This document shows, piece after piece, positions 44,160-51,826 of a stretch of DNA of 64,000 nt. The stretch covers positions 271,890-335,889 of the forward strand of contig JBMNFW010000001.1 of NCBI GenBank assembly GCA_050949525.1, read 5' to 3'. This stretch comes from Patescibacteria group bacterium. GTDB taxonomy: Bacteria > Patescibacteriota > Patescibacteriia > Patescibacteriales > UBA12465. The translations under genes were made by a program, and so were the position numbers. Each line of letters starts with the position of its first letter. Position 1 is the first letter of the stretch. Below the pieces are notes generated by a model. That model made no database searches, was not told the origin of the DNA, and was given only the letters and a program-made list of their open reading frames with translations.

Positions 44160-45497
44160 ATGTCAAAAAAGAAAGTGGTAGAAAAAAAGACTAAGTCTTC
44201 AACTAAAGCGCTTAGTAAAAAGAAGAGCTCAGTAACTACAAAAAAAGCGGTGGTAAAAAAACCAGTAACTAAAAAGAAGGTTAGTGTGACTAAGAAAAAA
44301 GTTGTTACTAAAAAGCCTGTGGTTAAGAAGAAGGTCAGCACTACTAAGAAGCCGGTGACTAAGAAGACTAAAACTCCTGTTAAGAAAAGTCCTACTCCCA
44401 AAAAACTTAATCCAGCTCCTGAGGAGAGCCAGATTTTAAAAGTTTTAGAAAAGGGGAGATTACGAGGTTTTTTAACTGAAACTGAGGTTTTGCATCTTTT
44501 TCCTTTTGTTGAGGATTATATTTTTGATTATGAAGTTTTTTTAGGTCGCTTGACCAGTAATGGTATTAAATTGGTTGAAGATAGTGGTAATATTTTAGGT
44601 GATAAGACGGCTGATTTAGAGCAGGATAATTTTTTGGATAAATCAGTTTTAGATATTACTAATTTAAATTTTGATTCTATTCAACTTTATTTAAAAGAAA
44701 TTGGTAAAATTCCATTATTAACAGCTGAGGAGGAAGTTGAATTAGCTAAAAGAAAGGATCGAGGTGATAAAGAGGCGGAAAGAAAGATGATAGTTTCTAA
44801 TTTAAAGTTAGTAGTATCTATTGCTAAGAAATTTTCTGGAGTAAAAACTTTGAGTCTATTAGATTTAATTCAGGAGGGTAATATTGGTCTTTTTCGGGCG
44901 GTAGAAAAATTTGAGTATCAGAAGGGTTATAAGTTTTCAACTTATGCTACTTGGTGGATTAGACAAGCCATTACTCGAGCGCTAGCTGATCAATCTCGAA
45001 CTATTCGTATTCCAGTTCATATGGTAGAAACTATTAATCGTTACCGACAAGCTCGAAGATTTTTAGTTCAAGAATTGGGACGTGAACCTTTAGCTGAAGA
45101 AATAGCGGCTGAGATGGGGGAGGAGATTGAAAAGGTGAGATATATAATTAAAATTTCCCAAGAAACTATTTCTTTAGAAACCACTATTGGTGATGATAAT
45201 GACAACTCTACCCTTGAAGATTTTATTAAAGATGTAAAAAATGAAACTCCTGATCGTATTGCGGCTTTACAATTATTAAAAGATTATGTGCAGGAAGTGA
45301 TGGTAAATCTTTCACCTCGAGAGCAGAAGATCTTAGAAATGCGTTTTGGTTTAGTTGATGGCGTAGCTCATACTTTAGAGGAGGTAGGAAAAGAGTTTGA
45401 GGTAACTAGGGAACGTATTCGTCAAATTGAGGCTAAGGCTTTAGAAAAGATCAGAAAGATGCAAAATAAAAGTTTGGAAAAATTAAAAGATTTTTAA
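44160..45497 (+). CDS. rpoD: RNA polymerase sigma factor RpoD (sigma-70) with a lysine-rich repetitive N-terminus
   Basis: Regions 2-4 are present: [40 protein letters not shown] and [20 protein letters not shown]. The first ~85 aa are KK(P)V(T/S)KK repeats. Confidence 0.93.
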   Translation: MSKKKVVEKKTKSSTKALSKKKSSVTTKKAVVKKPVTKKKVSVTKKKVVTKKPVVKKKVSTTKKPVTKKTKTPVKKSPTPKKLNPAPEESQILKVLEKGRLRGFLTETEVLHLFPFVEDYIFDYEVFLGRLTSNGIKLVEDSGNILGDKTADLEQDNFLDKSVLDITNLNFDSIQLYLKEIGKIPLLTAEEEVELAKRKDRGDKEAERKMIVSNLKLVVSIAKKFSGVKTLSLLDLIQEGNIGLFRAVEKFEYQKGYKFSTYATWWIRQAITRALADQSRTIRIPVHMVETINRYRQARRFLVQELGREPLAEEIAAEMGEEIEKVRYIIKISQETISLETTIGDDNDNSTLEDFIKDVKNETPDRIAALQLLKDYVQEVMVNLSPREQKILEMRFGLVDGVAHTLEEVGKEFEVTRERIRQIEAKALEKIRKMQNKSLEKLKDF

Positions 45498-45503
45498 ATA
45501 ATT

Positions 45504-45531
45504 ATTGACATATTATTTTTCTTTGTTATTA
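45504..45531 (+). promoter_or_regulatory. Promoter of tRNA-Asn
   Basis: TTGACA, 16 nt, TATTAT. Confidence 0.55.
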
Positions 45532-45548
45532 TTATTGTATTAGTTCAT

Positions 45549-45620
45549 TCTCGGGTGGCGCAGCGGTAGCGCAGTTGGCTGTTAACCAATTGGTCGTCGG
45601 TTCGAATCCGACCCCGAGAG
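45549..45620 (+). tRNA. tRNA-Asn (anticodon GTT), no encoded CCA
   Basis: Hand-folded cloverleaf. Acceptor TCTCGGG/CCCGAGA. D arm GCGC-AGCGGTA-GCGC. Anticodon arm GTTGG-CTGTTAA-CCAAT. Variable loop TGGTC. T arm GTCGG-TTCGAAT-CCGAC. Discriminator G. 72 nt. Confidence 0.9.
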
Positions 45621-45627
45621 CTAGTAA

Positions 45628-45652
45628 TAAAACACCTATTGGTGTTTTTTAT
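45628..45652 (+). terminator. Intrinsic terminator after the tRNA
   Basis: AAAACACC-tatt-GGTGTTTT followed by a T run. Confidence 0.85.
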
Positions 45653-45697
45653 TTTATCTTTATAAACCATATAGATTTATAGGCTATCTTAGTCATC

Positions 45698-46837
45698 TTA
45701 CGCACATTTCGGACAAAAATATTCTCTAAAATAGAAAAGAGTGGTAAAATTTAGTTGAAGTAAATCTAACTAAAAATTAACCACTCAATTCTATGAAGAA
45801 TTATAACATTTTTTCTGATTTTGAAAAACAGAAGAAGCTAAAAGAAGTAGCGGATGAAAGTAAGAGACTTAAAAAACCTAAATATTGGATATTAAAGAAA
45901 ATGGGTATTCCTAAAAGTACATATTATGATTGGTTAAAAAATAAAGGAAAATCCAAGTCTAAAGCACCAAAAACAATTTGGAATAAAACTCCAGAGAATA
46001 TTGAAAAATTAATAATACAGTATAGAGATAATAATAATTTAATGATATCAGAAAGATCAGCTCTTGGAATAGCTAGTAAACTAGAAAAGCTAAATATATC
46101 GATTAGTGAAAGTGGGGTGTATAATGTTTTAAAAAGAAATAATAAAAATAGACAGTTTAAAGAGTATAAAAAAACATTCATTATTTATCCTAAAAGTGAT
46201 AAATTTTTTAAAGTAGTTTGTATTGATGATATTGCTCTAAGTAATAATAAACCACGAGAACTGAGTGTTTTTAATGCTGTTGATGAATATTCTGGAGTAT
46301 GTTTAAAATCTTTGTTTGTTAATCACCGCATTAATAAATATGATGTTATTAAATTATTAGAAGAAATTAAAAAGAAATATAATAAATTACCCGAGATAGT
46401 GAGACTGGATAATGCTAAAGCTCATATTAGTTTAGCGGTAAATAGATATTGTAAAGATAATGGTATAAAACTACAATTCATAGATAAAGGAAGGCCACAA
46501 CAAAATTGGCCAGTAGAATCATTTAATGCTGTTATTGAGAAAGATTTAATCTATACTAAATTTTGGGGTGGTTGGAGAGATTTTTCTAATAAACAAAAGA
46601 TAATAGATGAATATATTGATTATTATAATGATATTAAACCATTGAAGTCCGATTATCTAAAAAGAACTCCAAATGAGATAGCTTCAGATATTACTTCAGC
46701 CTTAACTCAAAGAAGATTAAAAATAAAGTTAATTAGAAAACATCGAGGACAAGTTGCTGCTAAGAAAGAAATAAATAAATATTTAAATAATAATCAACCA
46801 ATTTTTACTACTTGTAATTTGTCCGAAATGTGCGTAA
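45698..46837 (+). mobile_element. IS element (IS481-like, single rve/DDE transposase ORF) with perfect 20-bp terminal inverted repeats
   Basis: IRL is TTACGCACATTTCGGACAAA (45698-45717). IRR is TTTGTCCGAAATGTGCGTAA (46818-46837). The transposase ORF reads through the IRR. Confidence 0.85.
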
Positions 46838-46842
46838 ACTAA
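45793..46842 (+). CDS. Transposase, integrase-core DDE family (distinct from the one at 17942)
   Basis: HTH region IPKSTYYDWLKNK. Candidate catalytic residues lie in VCIDDI, RLDNAKAH and WPVESFNAVIEKD. Confidence 0.8.
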   Translation: MKNYNIFSDFEKQKKLKEVADESKRLKKPKYWILKKMGIPKSTYYDWLKNKGKSKSKAPKTIWNKTPENIEKLIIQYRDNNNLMISERSALGIASKLEKLNISISESGVYNVLKRNNKNRQFKEYKKTFIIYPKSDKFFKVVCIDDIALSNNKPRELSVFNAVDEYSGVCLKSLFVNHRINKYDVIKLLEEIKKKYNKLPEIVRLDNAKAHISLAVNRYCKDNGIKLQFIDKGRPQQNWPVESFNAVIEKDLIYTKFWGGWRDFSNKQKIIDEYIDYYNDIKPLKSDYLKRTPNEIASDITSALTQRRLKIKLIRKHRGQVAAKKEINKYLNNNQPIFTTCNLSEMCVN

Positions 46843-46916
46843 CCATATCTTGACATTTTTTATCTTTTATGATATAATCCCTAGTTGTCTAAAAATTAAA
46901 AAATAATTTTAAACAT

Positions 46917-48335
46917 ATGAAAAAAGTTTTTTTGTTTCTAGCCTTACTTTTAGGGGTGGTGCTCATTAGTTCAGTTCCAGCTAAAACTAAGGTTAAGTCA
47001 TACTATTCTGGTGATGCTATTAACTATAATAATAAATTAGTGGTAGCTTCAACTGATAGTGAGGGTTTAGAAATTTTTTCTTTAAACTCTAATGGATTAG
47101 AACGACATTCTAATTGGCGTCCTTTTGATAAGCGTTTTAATAAGGATGACAGTTTCTATGGAGTTAAGTTAAATATTGAAAAGGGTCGTTTATATGCTTA
47201 TGCTATATCTGGTTTTACTCTTTTCAAGTATGATATTTCTAATTTAAATAATCCGGTTTTAGTTAAAGAATTAAAAAACAATCTTTGGGAGTGGTATAAT
47301 AAGGTTGATAAGGTTGGTGATAAAATCGCTACTATTAGTGCTAAAGGAGTTAAGGTTTATAATTCTGATTTAGAGGTTATTGATACCTATGACATTGATT
47401 ATGAATATTTTTCTAGCATCTCTTCAGCCGGAAATCCTAATTTAATTTTTGCTTTAGATGAGGAGAATAATAAGATTGAGGTTTTTGATACTAATCGAAG
47501 AAGTTTTCTTAATAGTTTAGAGATTAATTTCTTTGGTGGACAAAACAATCGTTCAATGTACTTTGATCAATACGAAAATAGTCTTTATCTAGCTGATGAT
47601 ATGTCAGTTAAAAAAATTGGCTTAGATGGATCTTTAAGAGCTACCTTTGAGCATTTAGGTTATCCTGGTTATGATGTTAGCTCTATTGGTAATGAATATT
47701 TATATTTTGCTAATGGTTTAGGGATTGTTAAACTAAATAAAAAAGATTTGTCGGTTGTTAACTCTCGTCGCACTGGGTCTTTATCGGTTGATGAGGGCTG
47801 GGCCATGGGACTAAGAACTGTATCATTACCAGAAGGGGAAAGGGTGGTTGTGTTTAATAATTCTAGTATTATAATTATGAATGGTGATTTAGAGTTATTA
47901 GATTATGTTGTAGCTAGTGTGGAAGAAGATCGGGCTTATGCTTTAGAGAATTTATTTTTAAATTTAGATTATACTTTAGCCGATAGTGGAACTGAAGTTA
48001 ATCTTCAAGGTGGAGGTTTTCTTCCTGGAGAAGAATTAGTAATTGATTTTTACAAAAATCAATATAAGATTCAGGCTAATAGCGAAGGACGATTTTCTAA
48101 AAAATTAATCGTTCCAGATTTAACTAATAGTAATTCTCGTGATCGGGTTATTACTCAAAGTGAAAATAATAATGGCTTAACAGTTAAAAATATTTCAGAG
48201 CGAGTTGATGTTAAGGTTACCGGACAAAGCTCTAATTATACTTATAGCACCACCTTAGATATTAGGGATACAGTTATAATTAATTATCAAAATACTAGAG
48301 TTTTGGAAGCAATATGGCCTTCAAGCCACTACTGA
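46917..48335 (+). CDS. Secreted repeat (beta-propeller-like) protein; native 3' end replaced by IS-fragment sequence
   Basis: Signal peptide MKKVFLFLALLLGVVLISSVPA, then beta-rich repeats. The last ~16 codons (from about 48287) are read out of frame from the IS fragment (...VLEAIWPSSHY*). Confidence 0.6.
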   Translation: MKKVFLFLALLLGVVLISSVPAKTKVKSYYSGDAINYNNKLVVASTDSEGLEIFSLNSNGLERHSNWRPFDKRFNKDDSFYGVKLNIEKGRLYAYAISGFTLFKYDISNLNNPVLVKELKNNLWEWYNKVDKVGDKIATISAKGVKVYNSDLEVIDTYDIDYEYFSSISSAGNPNLIFALDEENNKIEVFDTNRRSFLNSLEINFFGGQNNRSMYFDQYENSLYLADDMSVKKIGLDGSLRATFEHLGYPGYDVSSIGNEYLYFANGLGIVKLNKKDLSVVNSRRTGSLSVDEGWAMGLRTVSLPEGERVVVFNNSSIIIMNGDLELLDYVVASVEEDRAYALENLFLNLDYTLADSGTEVNLQGGGFLPGEELVIDFYKNQYKIQANSEGRFSKKLIVPDLTNSNSRDRVITQSENNNGLTVKNISERVDVKVTGQSSNYTYSTTLDIRDTVIINYQNTRVLEAIWPSSHY

Positions 48336-48788
48336 TGCCTTTGGGGTTAAAAAATCTACCCTATACAATTGGCAAAAAATATTTAGAGAAGGGGGTGGTA
48401 AGATAGAGGCTCTCAATCCTAAATCCCAAGCTAGGATTAACAAGAATAAAAGAGAAATACATCCTCTGATATTAAAAGAGATTAGACGTTTAAGACTAGA
48501 GATTTGTCCTAATATGGGTAAAACTAAAGTTAAAAAATTTTTAGATAAATTTTGTGAAATTAATAATTTACCAATATACTCAGAATCAAAGATAGGTAGA
48601 ATTATTAAAGATAAAGATATATATCATCATAGACAGAAAATATCTCATTTTGGTAAGATTAAAAAAATTAAAAAAACTAAAAAGAAAAGAAAACCTAAGG
48701 AATTACAAGTAAATAATCCTGGGGATTTAATAGAGATAGATACTGTTGTTAGATTTCACAATGGATTAAAGAGATATATTATTACCGC
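48287..48788 (+). pseudogene. Internal fragment of the 17899-18997 IS (HTH region only; both ends and the DDE core are missing)
   Basis: Collinear with 18045-18546 at a constant offset of 30242. Between 48301 and 48788 I count only three substitutions. Identity stops abruptly after ATTATTACCGC. Confidence 0.9.
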
Positions 48789-48863
48789 ATTTTAGTTTTA
48801 TTTCTCTCTTAGTTATGTTATAATAACTAAGAGGAATAATAAAATTAAATTTAAAATCATAAT

Positions 48864-49649
48864 ATGGATTTAACAGCTTTAATTCGAAAAAAACGCCAAA
48901 CTTTGTTTTCTATTTTTTTAGTTTTTTTAGTATTGGGTCTTTTGTTTTTGTTAACTCAAAATTTTAAGTATAGTACTAAGTCTAAAATTTTAGTTATTCA
49001 AGAAGGGGCGGGTCGAGTAGACCCTTATTCAGTTTCTCGTTCGGTAGAATATTTATCCGATCTTTTAACTCGTGTTATTTATTCTAACTCTTTTTATGAG
49101 TCAGTAATAGGAACTGATTTTAATATTGATAAAAAATATTTTGGTGATAGCTCGATTAAAAAAAGTAAGATTTGGAAAAAAACCATTAGTGCTAAGAGCT
49201 TAGAAGATTCTGGCATTATTAATATTAGTGTCTATCATCCCGATAATTATCAAGCTAGTCAAATTGCTTTAGCTGTTAATCATATTTTAATAACTAAGCA
49301 TCAGAATTTTCATGGCCTTGGTTCTTCAGTTAAGATTAGTGTTATAGATCAACCAGTTGCTTCAGCTTATCCTAATAAACCTAATATTATTTACGCCTTA
49401 TTAGTTATTATTGCTAGTAGTCTATTCTTTGGTTTAATATATATATATTTATTTCCAGAGAGTAAATATGATATTAATTTTTTTACTAAAAGAAGAAAGG
49501 CTGTGGTAAATAAAAATCAAGCTAGGATTGGTCGAGTAACAATTCCTGATGAAATTAAAAGTCAGGCTAGAATAGGAAGAATAGTAGATTCTAAAGATGA
49601 AACTGAGGGATTAGATAGTTCAGGTGATATTAGTAATCTATTTCGATAA
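48864..49649 (+). CDS. Wzz-like polysaccharide chain-length-determinant family protein (tentative)
   Basis: N-terminal MDLTALIRKKRQTLFSIFLVFLVLGLLFLL, then YSTKSKILV, a periplasmic-type middle and a second TM near the C-terminus: PCP-like topology. The C-terminal tail carries the tandem QARIGR(V/I) motif. Confidence 0.45.
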   Translation: MDLTALIRKKRQTLFSIFLVFLVLGLLFLLTQNFKYSTKSKILVIQEGAGRVDPYSVSRSVEYLSDLLTRVIYSNSFYESVIGTDFNIDKKYFGDSSIKKSKIWKKTISAKSLEDSGIINISVYHPDNYQASQIALAVNHILITKHQNFHGLGSSVKISVIDQPVASAYPNKPNIIYALLVIIASSLFFGLIYIYLFPESKYDINFFTKRRKAVVNKNQARIGRVTIPDEIKSQARIGRIVDSKDETEGLDSSGDISNLFR

Positions 49650-49677
49650 TAATATTTAAAATATAATATAAAATACT

Positions 49678-49702
49678 AAGAGCTCTGTTAATCAGAGCTC
49701 TT
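49678..49702 (+). terminator. Perfect 10-bp hairpin after the Wzz-like gene (poor T tail); overlaps the next promoter's -35
   Basis: AAGAGCTCTG-ttaat-CAGAGCTCTT. Confidence 0.5.
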
Positions 49703-49729
49703 GACATTTAATTTTATTTGTGATATAAT
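49701..49729 (+). promoter_or_regulatory. Perfect-consensus sigma-70 promoter with extended -10
   Basis: TTGACA, 17 nt (ending TGa), TATAAT. Confidence 0.7.
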
Positions 49730-49845
49730 TATTAGTTAAATTTAGATCTTTGACAAACAGTTATTCATTGGATTAATTATTAAGGTTGTTAATATTAATA
49801 ATCTCAATAGTTAATCTGATGTCTAACTTAAATAATAATAGAATA

Positions 49846-50662
49846 ATGAAAAAAATAGTTCTTTTTGTCGTCGTATTTTTTGCGCCATTCATTGTATTGG
49901 CACAAAATGAGGCCCCTAAGGTTAGCTTGTCATATGATGGCAAGACTACCTTCCTAGATCAATATGTATCTTCGGAAGGGGATACTCTCTCCAAGATAGG
50001 GATGTTCGCTGCGAACATCGTATCTGGAGAATATTTCTTCGGATATAATGACTTCCAGGTGGGGGTTTTGGGAGAGTTTAAAAATTCCCAAACCCTTAAT
50101 AAGCTCGCAGTGAGGCGAGAAGCTTCAATAATCTTCAAATTTGGGAGTTATTTCTCGCTACAACTTCAACCTTGGCGAGGTGAAGTTGGGCGGCGGGTAC
50201 TTCCGAGATTGCCAAAAGAATTTTGGCATCTTAGGTCAAGATTTTTTTGAGTATAATACCACAAAACCAGGGATATTCATCTCTGGAGGTGTTGTTCTGG
50301 GGCTCGAGACTCGATTGCTTCCAAGATTGGAAGCCATATTTAGTCAAAAATTCGGTTTTACTACCGAATCGGAGGCTAAATATTTTGAAATTCAGGGAAC
50401 TCATGTATCTCTGGATTTGTCTCTAGTTAAAGTAATTTTACCACTAGCGGAGATTTATATATCTCCTATGGTGGGATTTGAAATGAACTCCAATGAAGAA
50501 TTACTAAACTCAATCTATAAGGTTGGTTTAGAGGTTTCTTCAAATCACAATGTTAGGGCTAACATTGTGAAGGTTGGATATTTCAGAAATTACAATTCCT
50601 TCGGAATCGAAGGAGTGTATTTCTCTGTAAATCCAATCGGGATTTATCAGGCCTTCAAATAA
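49846..50662 (+). pseudogene. Signal-peptide-bearing beta-strand-rich (outer-membrane beta-barrel-like) gene interrupted by a +1 frameshift
   Basis: MKKIVLFVVVFFAPFIVLAQNE signal. Two overlapping ORFs (frame 1 to 50250, frame 2 open from 50132). The protein-like reading switches within ATCTTCAAATTTGGG (50131-50145). The C-terminus shows alternating hydrophobic residues. The segment is visibly GC-richer than its flanks. Confidence 0.6.
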
Positions 50663-50670
50663 AAAAATAT

Positions 50671-50700
50671 AAAACCCTGTTACAAATACAGGGTTTTTTT
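50671..50700. terminator. Bidirectional intrinsic terminator between convergent genes
   Basis: AAACCCTGT-tacaaat-ACAGGGTTT flanked by an A run and a T run. Confidence 0.85.
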
Positions 50701-50724
50701 AATATCTAATTTTTATAATCTTTT

Positions 50725-51009
50725 TTATTTTTTATTCTTTTCCACCTCAACAAATTTAGTATTAACTAGTTTACCATCAAATTTTCTAGCTTTTTTAGTT
50801 TTAAATTTAACGGTCCCGGAACTAAGGGCAAAAAGGGTATCATCTTTTCCTTTACCAACATTATTTCCAGGATGATATTTAGTTCCTCGTTGACGAACAA
50901 TAATAGAGCCAGCTTTAGCTTTCTGACCATCAGATAGTTTAACTCCTAATCGTTTACTTTGGGAATCGCGTCCCAGGGAGGTGGATCCTCCCGCCTTTTT
51001 TGTTGCCAT
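50725..51009 (-). CDS. rpmA: 50S ribosomal protein L27
   Basis: [52 protein letters not shown]. No rplU is adjacent. Confidence 0.95.
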   Translation of the reverse strand: MATKKAGGSTSLGRDSQSKRLGVKLSDGQKAKAGSIIVRQRGTKYHPGNNVGKGKDDTLFALSSGTVKFKTKKARKFDGKLVNTKFVEVEKNKK

Positions 51010-51063
51010 ATTTTTTTAACTATTATTTATTTTACTAAGTTAATATAACAAAGTTAGAGTGTC

Positions 51064-51092
51064 TTGTCAATTCTTTTTTTATATAGTATAAT
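51064..51092 (+). promoter_or_regulatory. Promoter of the ferredoxin/ATPase/giant-protein/uppP operon
   Basis: TTGTCA, 17 nt, TATAAT. Confidence 0.6.
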
Positions 51093-51126
51093 TAAAGCGT
51101 TATTTTATATATATAATATTAAAAAT

Positions 51127-51303
51127 ATGTCAATAAAAGTAGACCAAGAAAAGTGTATTGGTTGTGGTATGTGTGCTAATATGTGCCCCCAAGTTTTTAA
51201 AATGAATTCTCTGGGAAAAACAGAGGTATTTAGTCAACAAGACAAGGATTGCGCTCGTAATGCTGCTAATAGTTGTCCAGTTGATGCTATTAAAGTTGAA
51301 TAA
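51127..51303 (+). CDS. Small single-cluster ferredoxin (58 aa)
   Basis: CIGCGMCANMCP...CP cysteine pattern. The ORF-track start at 51064 is the promoter -35 box, so I prefer the ATG at 51127. Confidence 0.8.
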   Translation: MSIKVDQEKCIGCGMCANMCPQVFKMNSLGKTEVFSQQDKDCARNAANSCPVDAIKVE

Positions 51304-51305
51304 AT

Positions 51306-51821
51306 ATGCCACAAATAAGAAAAGGTTTTGAACAAGAGCAATTAGAAGATCTTCCTATTTCTCCAGAAGAGGAGGTGGTTAAGGTTGAAAGTCAGGAGCC
51401 TCGTATAGAAAAGGAAAGTATTTTAGAAAAAGAATCTGAGTTTAAAAAAGAAGAAAAAGAAGAAGAGGATAAGTTAGAGAAAAAAATTGATCCCCCGAGT
51501 GCTAGTCCAGTAACCGTTATTTTAAGTCCTGAGGAAGAACGAGAAAAAAAAATTGATAAAATCTTAGCCGAAGGTTTAGAAGATGTTTTTTTAGGTATGA
51601 CTCCAAAACAGCAAAAAAAGTTTAAAACTGAAGGAGAAAAAACTGTTAAAAAAATTAATGTGCTTTTAAGAGATGCTAAGGTTAAAATTAAAAAAATTGT
51701 TGATTTAATTAGAAGATGGCTGAGAAATATTCCTAAGGTTAATAAACATTTTTTAGAGCAGGAAGCTAAAATTAAAGCTGACCGAATTGTTAATTTAAAA
51801 AAAGAAGAGAAAAATAAATAA
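51306..51821 (+). CDS. K/E-rich hypothetical protein (171 aa), acidic disordered N-half and basic helical C-half
   Basis: It starts 3 nt after the ferredoxin stop and ends 5 nt before the ATPase. The antisense ORF at 51392-51850 is the complement of its K/E codons. Confidence 0.55.
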   Translation: MPQIRKGFEQEQLEDLPISPEEEVVKVESQEPRIEKESILEKESEFKKEEKEEEDKLEKKIDPPSASPVTVILSPEEEREKKIDKILAEGLEDVFLGMTPKQQKKFKTEGEKTVKKINVLLRDAKVKIKKIVDLIRRWLRNIPKVNKHFLEQEAKIKADRIVNLKKEEKNK

Positions 51822-51826
51822 GCGTT

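Noticed and set aside
44102-44401. 99-aa minus-strand ORF over the start of rpoD
   Set aside because: It is the antisense shadow of the lysine-repeat region (the complement of AAG/AAA gives F/L/T/V-rich text). It has no independent signals.
49786-49845. Upstream TTG start of the beta-barrel-like gene given by the ORF track (MLILIISIVNLMSNLNNNRI...)
   Set aside because: The Met at 49846 begins a textbook signal peptide. The upstream extension is AT-rich leader sequence downstream of the promoter at 49701-49729.
51064-51126. N-terminal extension of the ferredoxin ORF starting at 51064
   Set aside because: Position 51064 is the TTG of the TTGTCA -35 box. The ATG at 51127 gives a normal 58-aa ferredoxin.
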